From the NCBI GenBank assembly GCA_943356525.1, contig CALRFG010000004.1, positions 290 through 64,289 on the forward strand: DNA of 64,000 nucleotides. The letters are read 5' to 3'. Position numbers and translations under genes: made by a program. The DNA is from Candidatus Nomurabacteria bacterium (GTDB lineage: Bacteria; Patescibacteriota; Minisyncoccia; Phycocordibacterales; CAIZLB01). Under the pieces are notes generated by a model. The model was not told where the DNA came from and made no database searches. It saw nothing but the letters and a program-made list of their open reading frames with translations. Of the stretch, positions 49,724-59,479 are shown one piece after another (the first letter of the stretch is position 1; each line of letters begins with the position of its first letter).

Positions 49724-49799
49724 AAAAACTAGCAACTTTGGAAAGTACATCTAGATTTTATTGTATTTTATTTAGTACAGCTCTGGTAAAGCTGCGTTG

Positions 49800-50654
49800 T
49801 TAGGATTGAGGAACTGGAATATATTTGCCAGTCCTACTCTTGCGTTCGTAAATACGGATGTAAGAGTTTGTTTTCTCAGAACGTATACTTTGGCGGAGAT
49901 AGCGCTGAGCCAAAGCCAGTTCTGGAAAAATATCTTCATCTAGCTCGAGGGAAAGAAAGCGATACAAGTGAGGACCAATTTTGAAGTTGATCTTTTCGAC
50001 TAATATCTGTTTAGTAAGTTCGTACATGGTTTTAGTTGGTCCATCCATGTGTGAGTTATCAAACTTATTGAAGAATCCCTCGATTTCATCTTGTGCTTTT
50101 TGAGCTAGATCACCCTTTACGAGAGTCATAGTATTGACCATGGCAACTACTTTGTGAAGTCCATTTGAGCTAAAAAAGCTTATTTGGGACACAAGTTTGC
50201 CGTCCTTTCCGATAAGGCGAGGGAAGACATGACGATTCAGAAATTCTAGACGAATAGCACTAGCACCAACGACGGATTTGTTAAGGTCTAGTACACCTGT
50301 GACTATTTCATCTGTTGCATTAACCTCGCTGAATTCCTGTTCAGTTACTCGTGCCAGTTGAAGTCCAAGCTGTACCAACTCGTCATCAATTTTCTTGAGC
50401 TGTTCTCTGGCACTATCTCTTTCTTTTGTCATAGCCACACTTCTTTGTCGCCAACCCTTAAGTTTTGCTTTAAGGTTAGCTTCTTTCGCTGTACCGTGAA
50501 CTTTTATACCTACGAGTAAGTCGACAAGTTTTATGTAACTTGAATTGGCTGCTACCCATTTTTTTATTATTTTAGCTACTCTGGTAGCAGCTTTTTCCCG
50601 TTCACGTTTTTTTCTAGCAATCGAACTCTTAATCTTGTATATTTCTGTTTTCAT
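49800..50654 (-). CDS. Hypothetical coiled-coil protein
   Basis: 284-aa ORF with its own TTGACA promoter on the minus strand; higher GC than neighbours. Confidence 0.65.
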   Translation of the reverse strand: MKTEIYKIKSSIARKKREREKAATRVAKIIKKWVAANSSYIKLVDLLVGIKVHGTAKEANLKAKLKGWRQRSVAMTKERDSAREQLKKIDDELVQLGLQLARVTEQEFSEVNATDEIVTGVLDLNKSVVGASAIRLEFLNRHVFPRLIGKDGKLVSQISFFSSNGLHKVVAMVNTMTLVKGDLAQKAQDEIEGFFNKFDNSHMDGPTKTMYELTKQILVEKINFKIGPHLYRFLSLELDEDIFPELALAQRYLRQSIRSEKTNSYIRIYERKSRTGKYIPVPQS

Positions 50655-50747
50655 AACTGTTTTTTTCTGGTTTGGTGTTCAATAGCAAATGTGCTACTTT
50701 GTTAAGGTAACACATTTTAAATATTTGTCAACAAAACCATATAACGA

Positions 50748-52061
50748 CTAACTACCAAACCTACTCAAAATAGTCCTGATAGTTTTCAAAAAAATCTGTA
50801 TCTCCAATGATATGGATCTATTTTTTATATAATAAAAATCATATGAAAGTTTAAGCTTAGTCTCTTTCAAGTTTGATGGTACATAGTCTTGATTTATCTG
50901 AGCCCAACCAGATAACCCCGGCTTAACCAAAGTCCTCATCATAAAGTATGGAAGATCTTTACATAAATCATCAGCAATATGCTTAAACTCAGGTCTTGGA
51001 CCAATCAAAGAAAGATCACCACGAAGCACAGACAATATCTGAGGTAATTCATCTATACGTGTTGATTTGATTAAAGCACCAACTTTTGACACTGGATTAT
51101 CTACGGATTTAGCCCCAAACTTTACTCCGGCATCATCATATTTTCTATTTCGTATTTTAGGTATTTTTATAATTTTACCAATTAACCCTAATCTTTTATT
51201 GTAAATTAAAAATTTTCCAGGACCTTCAATTTTCATAAAAATTTTAACTATTGGGAATATAAGAAAAGTTGGTAATAAAATTATACAAAACAAAAGATCA
51301 AATAATTTTTTAAATAATAAATAACTTGGAGCCGAAGACTTTTGAACATAAGTTAAAAACCATAACTCATCTATCTGTCCTAAAGGAATACGCTTCATAA
51401 CTTGCTCAAAGAAATCTTTAAGCTCAACGTATTTTGCACCACTGTATATACTCTCGTATAGATATTCTTTTATAAGTTTTATCTTAGAATGATCTGTGTC
51501 TATTACTATAAGATTATTATCGCTAGGAATGATGCTTGTAAATTCATTCTGTACATCTTTTACAAAAAGTTTTTCAAGATCAACCGCTTTCACTAAACGA
51601 TAATATTTATCAGTATTTTGTTTAAAATAATGAACTAAATCTTGATAATCTTCACCAGATCCAAATATATAAACATTTTGGACTAGTGGTCTATATCGAA
51701 CAAATAAATAACGCCAAGCACTAGTAAATACAATAGAGAAAGAGAAGAATAAGAATAAGTTGAAACGAGGACTTATGTTCAATCTACTAAAGAAGAAGTA
51801 GAACAAAAGTACCGACAATACTAAGACTATAGAGTGAACCATCAATATCCTAACCAGGTTAACTTTATAATCTTGGGTAACCCTGTCATATAACCCGATA
51901 ATGTAATTTCCTACAATAAGAGCAAATATAACCAGTGAAAAAGGCCATATATGTGCATCATAAGATAAATTTCTTAAAATAATCATTAAATAGAAGGATA
52001 AACCAAAAAAAAGTATATCTCCAAAAAACTGCATATTCTGTATTGGTTTTGACTTATTCAT
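50748..52061 (-). CDS. Polyprenyl-phosphate sugar-1-phosphate transferase (WbaP/WcaJ-like)
   Basis: KKLFDL, RIDELPQI..VLRGDLSLIGPRPE, VKPGLSGWAQ, YDFYYIKN. Confidence 0.9.
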   Translation of the reverse strand: MNKSKPIQNMQFFGDILFFGLSFYLMIILRNLSYDAHIWPFSLVIFALIVGNYIIGLYDRVTQDYKVNLVRILMVHSIVLVLSVLLFYFFFSRLNISPRFNLFLFFSFSIVFTSAWRYLFVRYRPLVQNVYIFGSGEDYQDLVHYFKQNTDKYYRLVKAVDLEKLFVKDVQNEFTSIIPSDNNLIVIDTDHSKIKLIKEYLYESIYSGAKYVELKDFFEQVMKRIPLGQIDELWFLTYVQKSSAPSYLLFKKLFDLLFCIILLPTFLIFPIVKIFMKIEGPGKFLIYNKRLGLIGKIIKIPKIRNRKYDDAGVKFGAKSVDNPVSKVGALIKSTRIDELPQILSVLRGDLSLIGPRPEFKHIADDLCKDLPYFMMRTLVKPGLSGWAQINQDYVPSNLKETKLKLSYDFYYIKNRSISLEIQIFLKTIRTILSRFGS

Positions 52062-52078
52062 ATAAAAGTAAGTATACT

Positions 52079-53206
52079 ATGAGTATGAAAAAAATTCTAT
52101 ATTGTATAACGAAAGGGAATTTTGGAGGTGCTCAGAGGTATGCGTATGATTTGGCTATAAATATCAATAAAAAGGATTATGAGGTAGTAGTTTTATGTGG
52201 TGAAGGTGAGACTTTACCAAAAAAACTTGAAGAAGCTGATATCAGAGTCATAAGACTTAAATCAATGCAGAGAGATATTAGTGTTTTTAAGGAATTAAAA
52301 TCATTTGTCGAGCTATATAAAATTTTCAAACAAGAAAAACCTGATGTTATACATCTAAATAGTTCAAAGATGGGAGGAAGTGGTGCTTTTATAGGAAGGT
52401 TGGTTGGAGTTAAGAATATTATTTTCACAGCTCATGGTTTTGCCTTCAACGAAGATAGATCTTTCATATCTAAGAAAATACTTTTAGCTTTTCATTGGTT
52501 GACAATACTCTTGACACATAAGACTATTATCGTTTCTGATAAGACTATGAAGGATATAGATTATTTACCATTTATGAAAAATAAATTGGTTAAGATTTAT
52601 AATGGTATTGACACAGGTCTTGACTTTTATAACAAAGAAGAAGCAATTCGCTTTTTATTGAAAGATAAAAATATTTCTACAGTTGGTAAAACTATATTAT
52701 TAAGTATTGGTGAGTTACACAAAAATAAAGGTTATGATTTATTTATTCCGAGCTTAAAAAAAGTTGAGAAAGATTTTATTTATCTAATCATCGGTGAAGG
52801 TGAGGAGAGAAATAATATTGCTATGTTAATAAAGGATAATGATTTGAGAGATAAAGTTTTCTTATTGGGTAGAATAGAGAATGCATATAAATATATAAAG
52901 GCTAGTGATGTATTTGTTTTACCTTCTAGAACAGAGGCTTTTCCATATGTTTTGTTGGAGAGTGGTTTGGCTGGGGCTTGTGTACTGGCTTCGAATGTAG
53001 GTGGTATTGGTGAGGTTATTAAGGATGATTATAATGGGGTGTTATTTGATGTAAATAGTGAGGGAAATATAGTACACAAGGTTAATATGTTGATTGGGAG
53101 TGGGGAAATGAGGGAGCAGTTTGGAAAGTTGGTCCAGGAGAAGGTGGTGAAGGAGTTTGGATTGGATAGGATGTTGGAGAGGACTAGGGATGTTTATAGA
53201 AAATAA
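52079..53206 (+). CDS. Glycosyltransferase family 4
   Basis: GGAQRY, HLNSSK, FTAHG, PSRTEAFPYVLLE. Confidence 0.92.
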   Translation: MSMKKILYCITKGNFGGAQRYAYDLAININKKDYEVVVLCGEGETLPKKLEEADIRVIRLKSMQRDISVFKELKSFVELYKIFKQEKPDVIHLNSSKMGGSGAFIGRLVGVKNIIFTAHGFAFNEDRSFISKKILLAFHWLTILLTHKTIIVSDKTMKDIDYLPFMKNKLVKIYNGIDTGLDFYNKEEAIRFLLKDKNISTVGKTILLSIGELHKNKGYDLFIPSLKKVEKDFIYLIIGEGEERNNIAMLIKDNDLRDKVFLLGRIENAYKYIKASDVFVLPSRTEAFPYVLLESGLAGACVLASNVGGIGEVIKDDYNGVLFDVNSEGNIVHKVNMLIGSGEMREQFGKLVQEKVVKEFGLDRMLERTRDVYRK

Positions 53207-53271
53207 GGCTCCTCTTAGTGAGGATCGAATTAAATCAATCTATAAAAAAAAACAATTAAACCCGTTTCTTG

Positions 53272-53342
53272 TTGCCAGACTTGGAGTCGAACCAAAATTA
53301 AAGGCTTCAAAGGCCTCTGTCCTACCATTAGACGATCTGGCA
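53272..53342 (-). tRNA. tRNA-Gln(TTG), CCA not encoded
   Basis: Reverse complement TGCCAGA TC GTCTAATGGTAGGAC A GAGGC CTTTGAA GCCTT TAAT TTTGG TTCGACT CCAAG TCTGGCA A; U1-A72 pair. Confidence 0.95.
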
Positions 53343-53387
53343 ATATACACAGTATAATAGCATCTTTATTTTAAATTACAATGAAAA

Positions 53388-53413
53388 TGGGCACTATTCG
53401 AAAATAGTGCCCA
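53388..53413 (-). terminator. Terminator hairpin
   Basis: TGGGCACTATT-CGAA-AATAGTGCCCA with a T-run on the minus strand. Confidence 0.7.
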
Positions 53414-53428
53414 CTGCAGTTGCATTTT

Positions 53429-53581
53429 TTAGCGTCTTTTCCACGTAAAATAGCAAGTAATGATTATGAAAGAACATATGAATGTTTCCCACATGTTCCA
53501 AGAAATAAAACCGATTAGCCGTAACGTAAGTAAGATAATAATGATAGCGATAAATAAATATAAAGGAATTTGAGTAGTCAT
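53429..53581 (-). CDS. Small two-TM membrane protein (50 aa, not in ORF track)
   Basis: MTTQIPLYLFIAIIIILLTLRLIGFISWNMWETFICSFIIITCYFTWKRR; followed by a terminator. Confidence 0.5.
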   Translation of the reverse strand: MTTQIPLYLFIAIIIILLTLRLIGFISWNMWETFICSFIIITCYFTWKRR

Positions 53582-53688
53582 AATTTATTTGGTTAAGTTC
53601 AACGTAAGTATTTTAGCATTTTAATTGATAAAGTTAAGTCCTATAGACATAATTTTAAAAATAAGGCTTAAATGCTATAATTACTGAT

Positions 53689-54663
53689 ATGAATAAAAAC
53701 GTATTAGTTATAGGTGGTGCTGGGTATATCGGCTCTGCATGCGTAGAAGAACTAATTAAAAACGAATTCAATGTTTTTGTATTAGATAATCTTTCTACTG
53801 GTCAAGTAGAAAAAGTAAATAAAAAAGCCCAAATGATCCACGGAGATATTTTAGACATGGCAGTTTTAGAAAATGTATTTAAGGATAATGAGTTTGAAAC
53901 AGTTATTCATTTTGCAGGTAAAAAAGCTGTTGGTGAAAGTGAAGAATTCCCAGAGTTGTATTTTGAAAACAATGTTAAAGGTACTTTGAATATTTTATCT
54001 ATGATGAGTAAGTACAATGTTCCTAAAATTATTTTCTCATCTACTGCCGCAGTATATAAACCAAAGGATAATGAAAATGCTATCTACACAGAAGATTCAG
54101 AGGTTGAACCTATAAATGTCTATGGCCGCACAAAGCTTATGTGTGAACTAATAATTAAGGATTATCAAAGACTAGGAAAAATAAAAGAATACGTTATATT
54201 TAGATACTTCAATGTAGCTGGAGACACAGGTTTAAACTACATAGAGAAAAATGCACAAAACGTATTTCCACTACTTACAAATGCAATATTAAACGGAACT
54301 GAATTTAAAATATTTGGTGATGACTATAGTACACCTGACGGGTCTGGTGTACGTGACTATATTCATCTAAAGGATTTAGTTCAAGCTCATGTACTTGGTA
54401 TTGGAAGTGTTGAATCAGGAACCTATAACCTCGGAACCAAAAACGGATTCTCTGTAAAAGAATTAATACAAGCCTTTGAGCGTATAACAAATAAAAAAAT
54501 GAATGTTGTAATTGTAGAAAAAAGAAAAGGTGACCCTGCAATAGTTATAGCTGACTCTGCTAAAGCAAACAATGATTTAAATTGGCAAGCTAAAAGTACA
54601 CTCGACGATATGGTCACATCAACATTAAAAGCTTATGGATATGTTGATGATAAATTGATATAA
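53689..54663 (+). CDS. galE: UDP-glucose 4-epimerase
   Basis: GGAGYIGS, SSTAAVY, YGRTK, RYFNVAG, RDYIH. Confidence 0.95.
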   Translation: MNKNVLVIGGAGYIGSACVEELIKNEFNVFVLDNLSTGQVEKVNKKAQMIHGDILDMAVLENVFKDNEFETVIHFAGKKAVGESEEFPELYFENNVKGTLNILSMMSKYNVPKIIFSSTAAVYKPKDNENAIYTEDSEVEPINVYGRTKLMCELIIKDYQRLGKIKEYVIFRYFNVAGDTGLNYIEKNAQNVFPLLTNAILNGTEFKIFGDDYSTPDGSGVRDYIHLKDLVQAHVLGIGSVESGTYNLGTKNGFSVKELIQAFERITNKKMNVVIVEKRKGDPAIVIADSAKANNDLNWQAKSTLDDMVTSTLKAYGYVDDKLI

Positions 54664-54672
54664 TCAAAGATA

Positions 54673-54837
54673 ATGCCAAATCAGATTCAACGTTCATCAA
54701 CAGCCCGTATTGTTTCAATCATAGTTTTATTTGGTATTATACCAGTTTGGTTTTTTTATATCGGTATAAAATACAAAGAAACGATTGACTTTTTAGATAA
54801 TAGCAATCAAAACTTACAGGTATACTTAATTAAATAA
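54673..54837 (+). CDS. Small single-TM protein (54 aa, not in ORF track)
   Basis: MPNQIQRSSTARIVSIIVLFGIIPVWFFYIGIKYKET...; TGATATAAT promoter just upstream. Confidence 0.55.
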   Translation: MPNQIQRSSTARIVSIIVLFGIIPVWFFYIGIKYKETIDFLDNSNQNLQVYLIK

Positions 54838-54911
54838 ATTAGTTGTCATAACTCCAGATAATCTTTTCGAAAAACGGCGACACTAGTAGATAAATATGTT
54901 ATTATAGAAAA

Positions 54912-57032
54912 ATGTCTTTACCTGAAAAGTACAAAAAACCCTATGAATCAAAGGATGTTGAGTCTGTTGTATATAAAAGAGAACTCAACTCTGGTCTATT
55001 TAATCCTGACATGTTGGTTCAAAAATTTCCTAAAAAATATGCTGATTCGAAAACTTGGACAAGCATAACACCACCCCCCAATGCAAACGGTCGCCTTCAT
55101 GCAGGTCACGCACTGGACGTTACCTTGAAAGATATTATTGGGCGCTACAAACGTATGCAAGGTTTACAAGTTCTTTTACTTCCAGGATCTGATCATGCTG
55201 GTTTTGAAACTCAAGTAGTGTATGAAAAGAAACTCGAAAAAGAAGGACGAAGTCGCTTTGGTATGGATAGAGCTGAACTATATAAAGAGATATATGATTT
55301 CACTCATGTAAACAAAGAAACAGTTACGAGTGAGATAAAACGTATAGGTGCATCGTACGATTGGAGTCGTGACACTTTTACACTTGATGCTAAAGTTGTT
55401 TCAGGTGTACAAAAAACTTTTATAAAAATGCATGAGGATGGATTGATATATCGCGGAAAGAGGGATTGTAATTGGTGTTCAAAACATCAGACTTCACTTT
55501 CGGATGTTGAGACTGATAAAAAAGAAGTTGTTACAACATTTTATACTTTTAAACTAGGTGATTTTAACATTGCAACATCTCGCCCTGAAACTAAGATCAC
55601 TGACAAATACGTTGTAGTTCATCCAGATGATAATCGTTATACATCATACAAACATGGTGATACATTTGAAGCAGAATGGGTATTAGGAAAAAGTACTTTC
55701 ACTGTTATCAAGGATGACTCTATAGATCCAGAGTTCGGAACTGGAGCTATGACTATTACTCCATGGCATTCAGGTATAGATTTTGCTATAGCAAAAAAAC
55801 ATGGACTAGATATGGTTCAACTTATTGATGATTATGGAAAATTTACAGATGTGGCAGGCGAGTTGAAAGGATTAAAAGCTACAACAGTAGGTCGTGCAAA
55901 AGTTGTTGAAATATTATCAGAAAAAGGGTTACTGGTAGATAAAGATGAAAATTATAAAACAATAGTCCCAGTATGTTACAAATGCGAAACACTCATAGAA
56001 CCACAACTTAAAGATCAATGGTTTGTTAAAATGGAATCATTGGCAGAGATAGCACTTCAAGCATCACAAGATGGAAAATTAAATTTTATTTCTGATCAAT
56101 ACAGAAAAACTTTTGAGCATTGGATGAAAAATCCTATCGACTGGAATATTTCCAGGCAAATAGTTTGGGGTATTTCTATACCAGCTTGGTTTAAAAATAA
56201 AGGAACAGATACTGAAGAATTTTATATCGGTAACACAGCACCAAAAGGTAATGAATGGATAAAAGATGAAGACACTTTCGATACATGGTTTTCATCTGGA
56301 CAATGGCCTATTGCGACTTTAGGTTTTACAGATTCAGATGATTTTAATAGATTTTATCCAACTCAATTAATGGAAACAGGAAGAGATCTTATATTCAAAT
56401 GGGTACCGCGTATGGTTATATTTGGGTTATATTTAGCTCGAGAAGTGCCGTTTAAAGACATATACCTACATGGAATGGCATTGGACTCGAAAGGGCAAAA
56501 AATGAGTAAATCTAAGGGAAATGTAATGTCTCCAATAGACTTGGCTGATGAGTTTGGTATGGATGCATTACGTATGGCATTGATTGTTGGTAATGCACCT
56601 GGAAATGATATACCAGTTTCAAATGAAAAAGTTAAAGCCTATAAAAAGTTTGTAAATAAGTTGTGGAATATCGCTCGTTTTGTTTTAGAAAATACAAATG
56701 AGGAAGATGATAATTTTGACACAACTATTGACAATATACATGTAGAAAATTTTAAAAAAGTAAAATATGAGATTACGAAAAATTTAGATAATTATCAATT
56801 ACACCTCGCTTCAGAAGAATTGTATCAATATGTTTGGCACGAATATGCTGATGTTGTTATCGAAGAGATAAAGAAAGATTTGAGTAGTGAAAATAAAAAA
56901 GTATTGAGATATTTGTTTAAACAGATTCTGATTGTTACACATCCATTTATGCCATTTGTAACAGAGGAAATATGGAGTGATTTTGCTGATGTTTCGAAAG
57001 ATAATTTGTTGTTGGTCCAGGATTGGGAATAA
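54912..57032 (+). CDS. valS: Valine--tRNA ligase (short; no C-terminal coiled coil)
   Basis: PPPNANG.LHAGH, DHAG, DWNISRQI.WG, DTFDTWFSS, KMSKSKGN. Confidence 0.96.
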   Translation: MSLPEKYKKPYESKDVESVVYKRELNSGLFNPDMLVQKFPKKYADSKTWTSITPPPNANGRLHAGHALDVTLKDIIGRYKRMQGLQVLLLPGSDHAGFETQVVYEKKLEKEGRSRFGMDRAELYKEIYDFTHVNKETVTSEIKRIGASYDWSRDTFTLDAKVVSGVQKTFIKMHEDGLIYRGKRDCNWCSKHQTSLSDVETDKKEVVTTFYTFKLGDFNIATSRPETKITDKYVVVHPDDNRYTSYKHGDTFEAEWVLGKSTFTVIKDDSIDPEFGTGAMTITPWHSGIDFAIAKKHGLDMVQLIDDYGKFTDVAGELKGLKATTVGRAKVVEILSEKGLLVDKDENYKTIVPVCYKCETLIEPQLKDQWFVKMESLAEIALQASQDGKLNFISDQYRKTFEHWMKNPIDWNISRQIVWGISIPAWFKNKGTDTEEFYIGNTAPKGNEWIKDEDTFDTWFSSGQWPIATLGFTDSDDFNRFYPTQLMETGRDLIFKWVPRMVIFGLYLAREVPFKDIYLHGMALDSKGQKMSKSKGNVMSPIDLADEFGMDALRMALIVGNAPGNDIPVSNEKVKAYKKFVNKLWNIARFVLENTNEEDDNFDTTIDNIHVENFKKVKYEITKNLDNYQLHLASEELYQYVWHEYADVVIEEIKKDLSSENKKVLRYLFKQILIVTHPFMPFVTEEIWSDFADVSKDNLLLVQDWE

Positions 57033-57079
57033 AAAAGCACCGCCAAGGCTTGTGGGCCGAGGCGGGTTAGGTTCAGATT

Positions 57080-57367
57080 TTATTCTGAATGCATTGTGAG
57101 AATAGCCTTATCGTCATAATCTTTCAAAGATTCATAAGCAATAAGTATATTATCAGCATAATGTAAGACATATACTTTTTCATCATTTTTACGACAATGG
57201 ATTAAAAAAGATATAGATCCGTTAAGTCTGTCAGGGGTTGTAGTTCGCAAGTTACATTTTTTTTGTTCAAGTCCTAAGCATTCTTCTGGAGTTTGAGGAA
57301 TTTCAGGTCTTGTACCACCGATGACAAATGCTATGATTTCAATATTTGGTGATAAAGTTTTTATCAT
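57080..57367 (-). CDS. Hypothetical protein
   Basis: 95-aa ORF ending at the bidirectional hairpin 57033-57068. Confidence 0.55.
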   Translation of the reverse strand: MIKTLSPNIEIIAFVIGGTRPEIPQTPEECLGLEQKKCNLRTTTPDRLNGSISFLIHCRKNDEKVYVLHYADNILIAYESLKDYDDKAILTMHSE

Positions 57368-57429
57368 TATAGTTTTGTTCTTTAAATTTTCAAGACTTCA
57401 ACAGTATATAACATAAAAATATTAAAACA

Positions 57430-57464
57430 ACCCATGAAATGCGCGCGCGGGGCTTTTCATGGGT
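57430..57464 (-). terminator. Terminator hairpin
   Basis: ACCCATGAAA...TTTCATGGGT. Confidence 0.65.
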
Positions 57465-57472
57465 CAGGTGTT

Positions 57473-57805
57473 TTACTTTTCATAAATAAATGAGGATTTA
57501 TTATCCCACTTCTTCATCAATTGACAGGAAGATCTATTGATACCATCTGCTTCAAAATTTACAACTATGATTACAAATAGTCCACCTAGATTACACCTAA
57601 CAAAAGAGAATGATCTATAATCCCTTCTGATGGTTTCGATTCTACTAACTTTAAAAGGTAAGGATTCTATTTGTGATTTTGAGGGTTCACCAAAATATGC
57701 TGAGCCGTAATCATAGATACGAACAGTTCTTCTGATCTTTCTATTGTTATTTATTTTCTGTTTTTTCTTCGCTTCAATTTTACCAAGCTTAGTTTTAATG
57801 TTCAT
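57473..57805 (-). CDS. Hypothetical protein
   Basis: TTGACA-17-TATTGT promoter 7 nt upstream of ATG 57805 supports the trimmed start. Confidence 0.55.
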   Translation of the reverse strand: MNIKTKLGKIEAKKKQKINNNRKIRRTVRIYDYGSAYFGEPSKSQIESLPFKVSRIETIRRDYRSFSFVRCNLGGLFVIIVVNFEADGINRSSCQLMKKWDNKSSFIYEK

Positions 57806-57881
57806 CTCACATACAATAGAATAAATAACCAGAAATGTCAATAAAAACCCCAACTCAAAAACCATGATATAATAAACCGCA

Positions 57882-59396
57882 ATGACTCAAGATCAAGCAT
57901 TACGCATTTTAAAAACCGGAGCATCGGTGTTCCTAACAGGAGAACCTGGGTCCGGTAAGTCATATACTATAAAATCCTATATAGATTATCTTATACAAAA
58001 CAATGCTAATCCCTCAGTAACCGCCTCAACAGGTATTGCTTCAACACATATCGGTGGTATGACTATACATTCATGGTCAGGTTTGGGAATAAGGTCAGAT
58101 CTTACCGTATACGATCTTGAGGCCATGTTAGAAAAAGAGTATGTTGTTAAACGAATATCAAAAGCTAAAGTACTTATTATCGATGAGATATCTATGTTAT
58201 CGGCCAATACTTTAGACATGTTAGAACGAGTTTGTTCGTATATAAGACACAATGAATCAAAACCTTTTGGTGGATTACAGGTTATTTTTGTTGGAGACTT
58301 TTTTCAACTTCCACCTATTGTTAAAAATTCTGATAAACTTTCTTCTTTAGAAATGTTTGAAAATTCTCCTTTGGCTTTCAATGGCCAAGCCTGGACTAAA
58401 ACTGATCCTGTAATATGTTATCTTACAGAACAACATAGACAAAGTGATGCAGAGTTTGTTTCTATTTTAAAAAATATCAGAGAGGATAAAGTTGATACAA
58501 AGGTTCATGACATTTTACAAAAAAAAATATTGAAAAATAAAGAAACAACAGGAACTTTGCAAAAGATAACAAAACTATATTCACACAATATTCATGTTGA
58601 TAAAGTAAATAATCTAGAGTTAGGTCTTATAAGCGACAAAATAAAAATTTTTGAAATGACAAAAACAGGTCGCGACTTTATTGTAGATAACTTAGTAAAG
58701 AATTGTTTATCGCCATATAAACTTGAACTTAAAAAAGGGGCAAAAGTTATGTGTACTAAAAATAATCCGGAAAAAGGTTTTGTAAATGGTTCTATAGGTG
58801 AAGTTGTTAAATTTTCCAAAACTACGACATTTCCTATTATAAAATTTACAAGTGAAAAAGGTTATGTACGTGAGATAGAAATAGAGCCGATGGAATGGTC
58901 TATAGATGATGGAGGAAAAAAAGTGGCAACTATAAAACAGATTCCACTTCGTCTTGCTTGGGCCATGACTATACATAAATCACAGGGTATGTCTTTGGAC
59001 GAAGCTATGATGGATATATCTAGTGTGTTTGAATATGGTCAAGGCTATGTTGCACTTTCACGTGTAAGAACATTGGCAGGACTTCATCTTATAGGATATA
59101 ACGATATGGCTTTAAAGGTTCATCCAGAAGTTTTGGGTAAGGACATAGAGTTCAAGCAAAAATCAATTGACGCAGAGTATGAGTTTAGTAAAATAACTCC
59201 TACTGAGCTGTATAAGATTCATGAAAATTATATAAATTCTATAGCAACAAAAGGTATACCTGAAAAAGAAAAGTCATCGTATTTTGGATATAAAAAGAAA
59301 ACAAATGGATTTGCTAAAAAACCCGCAAAGAAGAAAACAAAGAGTTATGATATAGACAATGATATTGATTATGAATCATTTGACGTGATATACTAG
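57882..59396 (+). CDS. PIF1/RecD-like SF1B helicase
   Basis: TGEPGSGKS, IIDEISM, GDFFQLPP, AMTIHKSQGMSL, YVALSRV. Confidence 0.92.
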   Translation: MTQDQALRILKTGASVFLTGEPGSGKSYTIKSYIDYLIQNNANPSVTASTGIASTHIGGMTIHSWSGLGIRSDLTVYDLEAMLEKEYVVKRISKAKVLIIDEISMLSANTLDMLERVCSYIRHNESKPFGGLQVIFVGDFFQLPPIVKNSDKLSSLEMFENSPLAFNGQAWTKTDPVICYLTEQHRQSDAEFVSILKNIREDKVDTKVHDILQKKILKNKETTGTLQKITKLYSHNIHVDKVNNLELGLISDKIKIFEMTKTGRDFIVDNLVKNCLSPYKLELKKGAKVMCTKNNPEKGFVNGSIGEVVKFSKTTTFPIIKFTSEKGYVREIEIEPMEWSIDDGGKKVATIKQIPLRLAWAMTIHKSQGMSLDEAMMDISSVFEYGQGYVALSRVRTLAGLHLIGYNDMALKVHPEVLGKDIEFKQKSIDAEYEFSKITPTELYKIHENYINSIATKGIPEKEKSSYFGYKKKTNGFAKKPAKKKTKSYDIDNDIDYESFDVIY

Positions 59397-59402
59397 AACC
59401 AT

Positions 59403-59477
59403 ATGTCAAAAGGAGAGCACAGAGATAAAAAAAATAAAAATATTAAAAAACCAAAACAAGTTAAACCAAAAGTATAG
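59403..59477 (+). CDS. Putative 24-aa basic peptide
   Basis: MSKGEHRDKKNKNIKKPKQVKPKV; TGATATACT upstream; stop overlaps the photolyase start. Confidence 0.4.
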   Translation: MSKGEHRDKKNKNIKKPKQVKPKV

Positions 59478-59479
59478 TG

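Noticed and set aside
53157-53357. 66-aa ORF
   Set aside because: It is antisense to tRNA-Gln.
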